Assembly: GCA_902556355.1 (NCBI GenBank)
Contig: CACDVW010000001.1
Location: forward strand, 5,164 to 69,163
Source of the DNA: an uncultured SAR86 cluster bacterium
Lineage (GTDB): Bacteria; Pseudomonadota; Gammaproteobacteria; Magnimaribacterales; D2472
Direction: 5' to 3'
Length of the DNA: 64,000 nt
Part shown: positions 7,306 through 13,842 of the stretch, piece after piece
Layout of the letters: every line of letters begins with the position of its first letter
Numbering within the stretch: the first letter of the stretch is position 1
Notes under the pieces: model-generated
The model's database searches: none
What the model saw: the letters and a program-made list of their open reading frames with translations, nothing else
What the model was told of the DNA's origin: nothing
Translations under genes and position numbers: made by a program

Positions 7306-8679
7306 TTAATTAAGTTTTTTATCAATTCCTTGAATCCTGTTTAGATATTCATGAGTTTCTTGGGAATTAAGTATTATAGTTTCTCGGTCTCTTCTTAAAT
7401 AAAAAATAGGCTCTTTGTCTGGATATTTTTTAATCTTGTTAAAATGTGTATCTACACAAAAAACTCCCCCGTTTACTCTTTCAACTGAAATTTCACAAAC
7501 TCTTTTATTCTGAATTGTTTCATATACAAAAGATATTTTGTTTGAAACTTCTTTTCCCAGACAGTCCATTACATATCTGTTAATAAGACGTGTGTACTCA
7601 TCTTCATTTTCAACAAGAACTTTAGGAATTTTATTGCTGATTTTATCTTTTTCTAAACCTATGATTTCCAAGTCATCTCTAACACCAATTATTAAAGTTC
7701 CTCCTTTAGAATTCATAAACCCAGCTATTGCTTTAAGACATTCGTGTCTTATCTCTTTTAAGACATTGTTTGTTTTCTGACATTTAAAAAAAGAAGATTT
7801 TAGTTCAACAGTGGTAGTTTCGTGATTAATTATTTTTGACATAATTCTGTCTACTGATTCTGATTCAAAAAACTTTAAATAGTCTTCTACTGTTGTTGAT
7901 GCAAGGGTTAAGCTTTGTCTAGTCATTTGCTGAGTTTCATTTAAATTTATTAAACCTTTTTCATTTGGTATAGGGTCTGTTAAATCTTCTCGTAGACTCA
8001 TCATGCTGCTAACAAATTCCTCTTTTCTGATTATTTGGGTTACTAAAAAAAGGGGTATTATTATTGAAGACATTCCGAATGATTTATAGGTCGCATGAAG
8101 AGTTATAAGGCAAGCTCTCTGTTCTTCAGTTAAAGTTTTTATATCATTGATAATGCTTTTTACAATTTTTAGTTCTTGATATTTTTTAATATCAATAAAA
8201 TCAAAAGGATTTTCATCCTTGTCTAAATTTCCTCTTAAGGGGTTGTTATGATAAATTCTTGCCATTCCGTATTGAAATAGTTTATGTACTTCTTCTTCTC
8301 CATATTTGCTTATTAGCGCTTTGGTCACAGAGTTGCTTCTTCGATGTTTAATATTTTCAGAATCAGGGTCCATTAACTCGGAAACCCACAAACCATCTTC
8401 ATAAATTGCGTGTGGGTAATAATTGTGATAATCACTGTTTTCAGTTCCATGAATTTGTGTGCTAAAGATTCTATATGCACAAAATTCTTGTGTATTAATA
8501 TAACCATCTTTTAATTCTGTATTTGAACAATTTTCAAGATCAGCAATAATAAAATCCAAGAATGATTTATTTGTATGGCATATTTCAGATTTTCCACGAA
8601 AATTAAGAATGTTTTTTTGTGTTGATTCATCAATTATGAAATATTTGTTATTTTTTTTTAATATGGAGAAAAAATTCAT
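7306..8679 (-). CDS. AlbA_2 (Schlafen-like, 'divergent AAA') domain protein with an unknown N-terminal domain of about 280 aa
   Basis: The C-terminal block TVELKSSFF...EIRHECLKAIAGFMNSKGGTLIIGVRDDLEIIGLE matches the AlbA_2 signature (E.K ... ia AfaNt.GG.l.iGv.d.g.i.G). The start lies 5 nt after the stop of 8685..8966. Confidence 0.7.
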   Translation of the reverse strand: MNFFSILKKNNKYFIIDESTQKNILNFRGKSEICHTNKSFLDFIIADLENCSNTELKDGYINTQEFCAYRIFSTQIHGTENSDYHNYYPHAIYEDGLWVSELMDPDSENIKHRRSNSVTKALISKYGEEEVHKLFQYGMARIYHNNPLRGNLDKDENPFDFIDIKKYQELKIVKSIINDIKTLTEEQRACLITLHATYKSFGMSSIIIPLFLVTQIIRKEEFVSSMMSLREDLTDPIPNEKGLINLNETQQMTRQSLTLASTTVEDYLKFFESESVDRIMSKIINHETTTVELKSSFFKCQKTNNVLKEIRHECLKAIAGFMNSKGGTLIIGVRDDLEIIGLEKDKISNKIPKVLVENEDEYTRLINRYVMDCLGKEVSNKISFVYETIQNKRVCEISVERVNGGVFCVDTHFNKIKKYPDKEPIFYLRRDRETIILNSQETHEYLNRIQGIDKKLN

Positions 8680-8684
8680 AATTT

Positions 8685-8966
8685 TTAGATCTCAAAAATT
8701 AGGGACATAGATAAATATACATATACCATTAAACTTAGAAAAAAAACAACCCAAGGAACTGGCTCTATTTCTGTTTCAATAAGAGATCCGAATCCAAATT
8801 TTATTATTGTAAATAACAAAATAACGAAAAAAATTAAAGAAAAAATAAAAAATATAGCGCCTACAAAAAATAAATATCTTATATCTCCGGTCATTAAATA
8901 GACTATTGTTAATATAAGAGATGCATAAGGAACAATTAAAATTTTAATTGAATTGAATATATTCAT
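8685..8966 (-). CDS. Small integral membrane protein (3 predicted TM helices)
   Basis: 93 aa with three long hydrophobic stretches and an ATG start. It is tightly coupled to the AlbA_2 gene. Confidence 0.6.
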   Translation of the reverse strand: MNIFNSIKILIVPYASLILTIVYLMTGDIRYLFFVGAIFFIFSLIFFVILLFTIIKFGFGSLIETEIEPVPWVVFFLSLMVYVYLSMSLIFEI

Positions 8967-9008
8967 TTGTCACTTAACATAAAAATTATTAATAAATTAA
9001 TATACATA

Positions 9009-9037
9009 ATCCTAAACAATGTGTTTTATTTTGACAA
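9009..9037 (-). repeat. Copy A of a perfect 29-bp repeat (plus strand ATCCTAAACAATGTGTTTTATTTTGACAA); promoter-like on the minus strand
   Basis: Identical to 12211..12239. On the minus strand it reads TTGTCA-N17-TAGGAT. It contains the palindrome AAACA-ATG-TGTTT. Confidence 0.85.
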
Positions 9038-9040
9038 ACT

Positions 9041-9736
9041 CTAAATATAGTTAGTGTCCTGTATGTCAGATTGATAAATATCATAGCTACTCATGCACAT
9101 TCTTTCAGAATGTTTAATAGCATGTGACAGTCCTTCGATAGTAAAGCGCATATCTTTTAGAGGTGATGAATTATCAAATTTAATTTCAAAAGATTTAGCA
9201 TCTCTCATGGATAGAATGTATTTTAGTTTAAAGACGTAGTCGATATTAGAACCTTCGCCAATGATATTGCCTACCTTCAAAACAATATCTTTCGGTTTGC
9301 CCCTATCAACAGTCATAGTTGCTTTAATTTCATCATCCTCTGAATAGTTAGTGTTTCCAACTGGTGCTGTAATTGTTGGCTCAGAGGTAACACAAAAAGG
9401 TCTAGCCATTTCTAGATAAAAATTAGTATTAGTATCATTACCTGTTTTATGGAGGATAAGATTTTCATTGGAGTAAGAATCTATACCCCAGCCATCAATA
9501 GTTCTTGTCCAGTCAGCTGAGAGAAATGAAGATGAGACTGTAAGGAGGAGGATAAACTTATGATGCTTGTACATAGGGTTCCCGGAGAAAGGACCGAGAT
9601 GTACCATCTTGTCGTCTAAGATAATCTCATCTTCATATTCAAACAAATCTTTCTTGGGCTTTAACCATCTCTTAACACCAAGACCAACTGTGAAAATTAT
9701 TAAACCAAGTAAACCAAACCCAAAAACTTCTTCCAT
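9041..9736 (-). CDS. Membrane-anchored hypothetical protein (231 aa); predicted target of the island ECF sigma factor
   Basis: N-terminal TM segment (FGFGLLGLIIFTVGLGV) and an AGGAG Shine-Dalgarno 6 nt before the ATG. It is preceded by the TGTAAC-N16-CGTTAAG motif. Confidence 0.65.
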   Translation of the reverse strand: MEEVFGFGLLGLIIFTVGLGVKRWLKPKKDLFEYEDEIILDDKMVHLGPFSGNPMYKHHKFILLLTVSSSFLSADWTRTIDGWGIDSYSNENLILHKTGNDTNTNFYLEMARPFCVTSEPTITAPVGNTNYSEDDEIKATMTVDRGKPKDIVLKVGNIIGEGSNIDYVFKLKYILSMRDAKSFEIKFDNSSPLKDMRFTIEGLSHAIKHSERMCMSSYDIYQSDIQDTNYI

Positions 9737-9773
9737 ATATAACTCCTAAATAAAAAAATTGTTTCGTTATTTT

Positions 9774-9807
9774 CTTAACGTGTCAGAAATGGATTTGTTA
9801 CAAATTA
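9774..9807 (-). promoter_or_regulatory. ECF-type promoter motif TAATTTGTAACA-N13-ACGTTAAG (copy 2)
   Basis: Minus strand: ATTAATTTGTAACAAATCCATTTCTGACACGTTAAG. The AAC (-35) and CGT (-10) elements are spaced as in TGTAAC-N16-CGT ECF consensus promoters. Both conserved blocks are identical to those at 11071..11104. Confidence 0.6.
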
Positions 9808-9809
9808 AT

Positions 9810-10469
9810 TTAACAATGACAAAAGATATGACGTTTTACTTCACTGGCTGCGAAGGAAACATCGACAGTTTCAATAATAGATAAATCAACAAAGTAATCT
9901 CTATCTGCTCTTGGAGCATTGATATCATTGTTTACAAAGAAATCTTTATTAGCTTCATAGATTGCGTACATAACTTGATACTTATCTACTCCCAGATCGT
10001 TAGCTATCTGTGATGCAGTGCTCCATAGAGTTTCCATCTCAGAGCCAGATACAAATATTGGCTCGGGCTCTTCAATGACTTCTCTAATCATTGGTTCGGT
10101 CTCTTCATATGCTATCTGTACCGAAGAGACTGGTTCTACTATCTCAGAAGAGGACTTCACAATCGTAAAAGCTATAACTCCAAGACTTGCTGCAATTGCA
10201 AAACCAATTAAAGGTTTGAAATTAATTGTTGAAACATTCGAAAGCTTCTCAAGTTGCTCACTGATAAAAGCTTCTGCCTTAGCATTGAGCTCATCTCTTC
10301 TTTCCCCGCCAAAGAAGCCCTCAAGCATGGACTCTGAGACAAGCAAGCTTTCATAAAATTCTTTGGCTTCTTTTGAGGCATCAATAAGTGCTTTTAGCTC
10401 AGGAGAGTTTTCGAGCGTAGCTCCATCATCCATTAGTTCAATTATTTGTATTTGCTTTTCTTCGTTCAT
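9810..10469 (-). CDS. Anti-sigma factor-like single-pass membrane protein with a FimV/LysM-like C-terminal domain
   Basis: Its ATG overlaps the sigma-factor TGA (ATGA). It has a central TM segment (LIGFAIAASLGVIAFTIV). The C-terminal TLWSTASQIANDLGVDKYQVMYAIYEANKDFFVNNDIN resembles the FimV N-terminal motif. Confidence 0.65.
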   Translation of the reverse strand: MNEEKQIQIIELMDDGATLENSPELKALIDASKEAKEFYESLLVSESMLEGFFGGERRDELNAKAEAFISEQLEKLSNVSTINFKPLIGFAIAASLGVIAFTIVKSSSEIVEPVSSVQIAYEETEPMIREVIEEPEPIFVSGSEMETLWSTASQIANDLGVDKYQVMYAIYEANKDFFVNNDINAPRADRDYFVDLSIIETVDVSFAASEVKRHIFCHC

Positions 10470-11044
10470 AATTTTCTGTCCATACATTTAGCAAGTTTTA
10501 TTCTTGCTCTATTAGCTTTCACCCTCAAATTTGCCATACTGTTATCACTCACAACTTCTTGAATCTCTTCATAGCTATGACCAGCACCCAGCATTGATAA
10601 AATAATTTGATCTGTTTCATCAAAAGACTCTAAGCATGTGAGCATTTGCTGAAACTCAAAATTCTGTTGGTGAAATCCATCATTGGTTACTGGTATATCA
10701 TTACCTTCAATTGAGACCATTCTTTTTTGTTTGCGTAAATTATCTACATGGTTATTCTTGAGAATTTTTTTGGCGTAAGCCATGGGTTTTGCATGCTCTA
10801 AGAATTTATCTTTGTTGTTGATTAGTTTTATTATGGTGTTATGAACCAAGTCTGATGAATCTGCCTTATTCTTATAAGTTAAAAACATGGCATAAGGCAT
10901 TAGCTTTTTGCTCATATCTTCAAGTAATTCTTTAAATGTCATCTCTATTTCATTCTTACACGATTTATTATCTTCGTGTCTAAGCGCAAGAAGTTTTTCC
11001 TGCTTATTTACAGTCCTAGATTCTATGTTCACAAGTGCTTCCAT
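10466..11044 (-). CDS. ECF-family (sigma-70 group 4) RNA polymerase sigma factor
   Basis: Region 2-like DLVHNTIIKLINNKDKF...AKKILKNNHVDNLRKQKR and a region 4 HTH, DQIILSMLGAGHSYEEIQEVV...NLRVKANRARIKLAKCM. Confidence 0.8.
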   Translation of the reverse strand: MEALVNIESRTVNKQEKLLALRHEDNKSCKNEIEMTFKELLEDMSKKLMPYAMFLTYKNKADSSDLVHNTIIKLINNKDKFLEHAKPMAYAKKILKNNHVDNLRKQKRMVSIEGNDIPVTNDGFHQQNFEFQQMLTCLESFDETDQIILSMLGAGHSYEEIQEVVSDNSMANLRVKANRARIKLAKCMDRKL

Positions 11045-11070
11045 GTTTGAGTAAATATATCTATCTACTC

Positions 11071-11104
11071 CTTAACGTACCAGGATCAAAAATGTTACAA
11101 ATTA
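11071..11104 (-). promoter_or_regulatory. ECF-type promoter motif TAATTTGTAACA-N13-ACGTTAAG (copy 1, upstream of the sigma gene)
   Basis: Minus strand: AATAATTTGTAACATTTTTGATCCTGGTACGTTAAG. It ends 26 nt before the sigma ATG, and its -35 element overlaps the stop of the HTH gene. Confidence 0.6.
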
Positions 11105-11355
11105 TTTTTAATTAATTTTTTAATTGATTTTGAGACAACCATTTTTTTATAGCCAACCCTAAAAGATTCAAGCATATTATATTTAATGTATTGCCTAACC
11201 TTGTGAGGGGTGCAGCCTAAAATAATAGCTGTATCTTTAATAGTATATGAGGGTTGCATATCGTCGTAGATGGTCTTTTTATAAATACCAAGATGCTTTT
11301 CAATGTTTTCCAATTTCTCAAGAATTAAATCTAACTTATCTTCTTTTTCTTTCAT
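11095..11355 (-). CDS. Excisionase-family (HTH_17/MerR-like) DNA-binding protein
   Basis: YTIKDTAIILGCTPHKVRQYIKYNMLESFRVGYKKMVVSKSIKKLI fits the Xis-type HTH pattern (EaA.lLgvs..tv...i..g.l....G....i....l..). Confidence 0.7.
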   Translation of the reverse strand: MKEKEDKLDLILEKLENIEKHLGIYKKTIYDDMQPSYTIKDTAIILGCTPHKVRQYIKYNMLESFRVGYKKMVVSKSIKKLIKNNL

Positions 11356-11486
11356 TCCGACTTAATTATGTTTTCAAACACTTCATAGCAAACCTCAGTC
11401 TGTCCTTTTCTATCAATGACCAGAAATATTAGTGGTACTGCTAGAGCTATTATTATTCCAATATATAAATAATCTTTTTTATTCAT
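11352..11486 (-). CDS. Small TM protein (44 aa) missing from the ORF track
   Basis: Own translation: MNKKDYLYIGIIIALAVPLIFLVIDRKGQTEVCYEVFENIIKSE. Its TGA overlaps the ATG of the HTH gene (ATGA). Confidence 0.45.
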   Translation of the reverse strand: MNKKDYLYIGIIIALAVPLIFLVIDRKGQTEVCYEVFENIIKSE

Positions 11487-11499
11487 TTATTTATCACTT

Positions 11500-11886
11500 T
11501 CATTTATTAAATTCATCTATGCATCGTTGTTGATCTTCATAAATTGCATGCTTTTCCCAACAAAACTCTTCTGGTGTTTGGGTTTTGATACCGGTACATT
11601 CCAAGATATCTGGATTATCTAAAACCGATCCATCATGCCAGTCTGAACATGCATTGAGTCTACCTTCAAAAATACTTTGCATCTCAGGATGTTTGGCAGC
11701 ACATACCTCATAAACCCCAAAGGTACACTCATCTCCCTTATTTTCATCTTTACAAATTTTGAGTTCTTTCTCCCAACAGCTTGAGAGAACTCTTGAAGCT
11801 CTGATTTCATCATCTGAGGGAAACATATAAACAAAAACCACAAGCCCAACCAAAATAACTCCCATCACTATCATTAATTTACTCAT
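11500..11886 (-). CDS. Cys-rich exported or membrane-anchored hypothetical protein
   Basis: An N-terminal hydrophobic anchor (LMIVMGVILVGLVVFVYMF) is followed by a soluble part containing 8 Cys. Confidence 0.6.
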   Translation of the reverse strand: MSKLMIVMGVILVGLVVFVYMFPSDDEIRASRVLSSCWEKELKICKDENKGDECTFGVYEVCAAKHPEMQSIFEGRLNACSDWHDGSVLDNPDILECTGIKTQTPEEFCWEKHAIYEDQQRCIDEFNK

Positions 11887-11892
11887 CTCTTA

Positions 11893-12204
11893 TCATTCCT
11901 TTGATGATCCATATTCAATCTCATATTCACTTATATAATCTTCTATGTCAGGTATTAAATCATTAAGTCGATTTACTCTTTTTTGGTAGTAATCTAATAC
12001 CTCTTTAATATCTTTTTTAATTTGCGCATGCTTTATTTCGGTAATGTAGCCCTCACTGAAGAATCTAGAGAACTCATCTGCATGACTTTGCATCCTAATG
12101 AGCATGTCATGAGCATCTTCAAGTTCTTTATTTTTAACTTGTAACTGCTCTTTCATTTTGAAATAAAATGCTTGGAGGTCATTAATTGCAATTACATCGG
12201 ACAC
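11893..12204 (-). CDS. Hypothetical coiled-coil-like protein (103 aa)
   Basis: GTG start 6 nt downstream of copy B of the 29-bp repeat. The sequence is charged and heptad-like. Confidence 0.5.
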   Translation of the reverse strand: MSDVIAINDLQAFYFKMKEQLQVKNKELEDAHDMLIRMQSHADEFSRFFSEGYITEIKHAQIKKDIKEVLDYYQKRVNRLNDLIPDIEDYISEYEIEYGSSKE

Positions 12205-12210
12205 TACTCC

Positions 12211-12239
12211 ATCCTAAACAATGTGTTTTATTTTGACAA
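12211..12239 (-). repeat. Copy B of the perfect 29-bp repeat; promoter-like on the minus strand
   Basis: Identical to 9009..9037. It lies between the stop of 12254..12553 and the start of 11893..12204. Confidence 0.85.
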
Positions 12240-12253
12240 TTCTTATCTAAGAA

Positions 12254-12553
12254 TTAGGCAGTTATTTTTCTATTTTTGAGCAAATATTTTTTTAGCACTA
12301 TTGGGTCGCCACCATTTTCTATTTGATACTCCTCTGATGTTTTCAATTTTCCTCCCTCACACCACGCAAAAACTCCCTCAGAGTATTTACTTGGATTCTT
12401 TGTTGATTCTGTGCCATCAATAATTATGTAGTTATATCCATCTTCAAAAATTGAAGGTTTAAATAGTTTGTATATAAGTTTTATCCATTGAAATATAGTT
12501 ATAACGACTATAACTAACCAAGCTGTAAAAATTATAAGAACAATGCTTGTCAT
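12254..12553 (-). CDS. N-terminally membrane-anchored hypothetical protein (99 aa)
   Basis: ATG start and TM segment IVLIIFTAWLVIVVITIF. Confidence 0.55.
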   Translation of the reverse strand: MTSIVLIIFTAWLVIVVITIFQWIKLIYKLFKPSIFEDGYNYIIIDGTESTKNPSKYSEGVFAWCEGGKLKTSEEYQIENGGDPIVLKKYLLKNRKITA

Positions 12554-12589
12554 TAACTACATGCTAAATAATGAATTATATTTAATCAA

Positions 12590-12787
12590 TTAATCATTAA
12601 TAAAATAAGTCCCCCATTCTTCATATACGTATTTCCAATGCTCTTGTTCACAAATGGGACAGTGATAATGCCAACTCATTGGAAATGATTTGGTTTTTGG
12701 GTAATTAAGACTATTCATAAAACCAGTAACATTTACTATGCAAGGTATATATTCGCAGTTGTGAAGTTCACAAATTTGTTTATTCAT
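12590..12787 (-). CDS. Small Cys-rich (zinc-ribbon-like) protein (65 aa)
   Basis: CELHNCEYIPC ... HYHCPICEQEH. An AGGAG Shine-Dalgarno sits 6 nt before the ATG. Confidence 0.55.
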   Translation of the reverse strand: MNKQICELHNCEYIPCIVNVTGFMNSLNYPKTKSFPMSWHYHCPICEQEHWKYVYEEWGTYFIND

Positions 12788-12945
12788 TTTTAACTCCTAT
12801 GTTTGTTAGTTAACCGCATCTTTTTTCCACCTTGCCGGAGTTGGCAGGTTGGAGAGGAACTTAATCCTGCTCGTAATGCATATCAATATTATAACAAATG
12901 AATTGGCACAGGTATTGCAATACAAAGGGTATTTAGGAGGTATTT

Positions 12946-13056
12946 ATGACAGATTACTGGCTAAGAGTATTTGAATTTTGTAAAGAGGAGCCTGGTTGGG
13001 CTATTGCATTTTTCTTTTGTGGTTTTGTTATAGGTGAAACTTACTTCATTCTATAA
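12946..13056 (+). CDS. Small hydrophobic ORF (36 aa) missing from the ORF track
   Basis: AGGAGG lies 5 nt upstream of the ATG. Sequence: MTDYWLRVFEFCKEEPGWAIAFFFCGFVIGETYFIL. It ends 3 nt from the convergent DUF2237 gene. Confidence 0.4.
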   Translation: MTDYWLRVFEFCKEEPGWAIAFFFCGFVIGETYFIL

Positions 13057-13059
13057 ATA

Positions 13060-13434
13060 TTAGTTCATATCTATAGCGAACTCTTTCAATATTTCTATAT
13101 CGATAATAGAAGTAGTTTTTTTATTAGTTTTTTTAAGGTAAATCTTAGGAGCAAAACCATGCTCATAAGCTTCCTTCCATCGTTCAGCACAAACACACCA
13201 GGAGTCCCCTGCTTTTAATCCTGGAAAATCAAATTCAGGCCTTGGAGTAGAAAGATCATTACCTCGAGATTTTGAGAAACTTAAAAACTCATCGTTCATC
13301 AAAGAGCAAACAATATGCAAACCTCTATCGAGTTGATCGGTATGACAGAACCCATCTCGAAAAAATCCTGTAATAGGATTTGAGCAACACTCCTCAATTG
13401 GTTCATCAAAAATATTAACTTGCTGCATATCCAT
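13060..13434 (-). CDS. DUF2237 family protein
   Basis: NPITGFFRDGFCHT...GLHIVC...GNDLSTP...FPGLKAGDSWCVCAERW is the typical DUF2237 pattern. Confidence 0.8.
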   Translation of the reverse strand: MDMQQVNIFDEPIEECCSNPITGFFRDGFCHTDQLDRGLHIVCSLMNDEFLSFSKSRGNDLSTPRPEFDFPGLKAGDSWCVCAERWKEAYEHGFAPKIYLKKTNKKTTSIIDIEILKEFAIDMN

Positions 13435-13496
13435 TGAGTAGAATCTTATTATTTAAAATAAAAGATATCTAGTATCAATCTTGATAAAATAATTTT

Positions 13497-13823
13497 ATGA
13501 ATAATGATGGAAAAGTTCTCTTCAACGAAAAGTGTTCGATCTGTAATTTTGAAATTAAGCATTACAAAAAAAGATCAGAATTAGACTTCACTGATTGCAG
13601 TCACATGGAAGATAAATACCTAAAAAAACTTCATGTAACTTTTGATGATGGAAAAGAATTAGTAGGTGTTGATGCATTTATTTATGTCTGGAACAGAACC
13701 AAAGGTTATCGTTGGCTTGGTACATTCGTTGCACTTCCGGTTGTAAAACAACTAGCTGTTTTTGCTTATTCTATTCTTGCTTTTTTACTCTTCTGGCGCT
13801 TTAAAATATTTAATAAAAGTTAA
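13497..13823 (+). CDS. DCC-family thiol-disulfide oxidoreductase-like protein (DUF393)
   Basis: An N-terminal CSIC motif in the position of the DUF393 CxxC, and a C-terminal hydrophobic helix. Confidence 0.6.
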   Translation: MNNDGKVLFNEKCSICNFEIKHYKKRSELDFTDCSHMEDKYLKKLHVTFDDGKELVGVDAFIYVWNRTKGYRWLGTFVALPVVKQLAVFAYSILAFLLFWRFKIFNKS

Positions 13824-13842
13824 AAAAAATAATACCTAGATG

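Larger units (their letters stand above)
1..12945 (-). other. Partial accessory island: 22 co-directional ORFs, mostly without a recognisable family. The left boundary is outside the window.
   Basis: The content shifts from family-less ORFs plus R-M, ECF sigma and Xis-like HTH genes to conserved core genes at about 12.8-13.06 kb. All ORFs are on the minus strand and many are coupled by ATGA or 8-nt overlaps. No integrase or tRNA is seen in the window. Confidence 0.5.

Noticed and set aside
9009-9037. The 29-bp repeat as an intrinsic terminator
   Set aside because: The only hairpin is AAACA-CAT-TGTTT (5 AT-rich bp, 3-nt loop), with no T-run on the coding strand. A promoter or operator reading fits better.
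10018-10356. 112-aa plus-strand ORF
   Set aside because: It lies entirely inside the anti-sigma candidate on the opposite strand. The S/I/T-rich translation looks like an antisense artefact.
11619-11849. 76-aa alternative-frame minus-strand ORF
   Set aside because: It is nested in 11500..11886. That ORF has the better start context and a coherent signal-anchor plus Cys-rich architecture.
12811-12880. Possible tRNA/tmRNA 3' fragment (att site) at the island edge, e.g. GGAACTTAATCC as a T-loop
   Set aside because: I could not fold an acceptor or T-arm. The AGGA/TCCT stem is only 4 bp with a 6-nt loop, and there is no GTTCGAATC-type loop. No tRNA gene is recognisable anywhere in the window.
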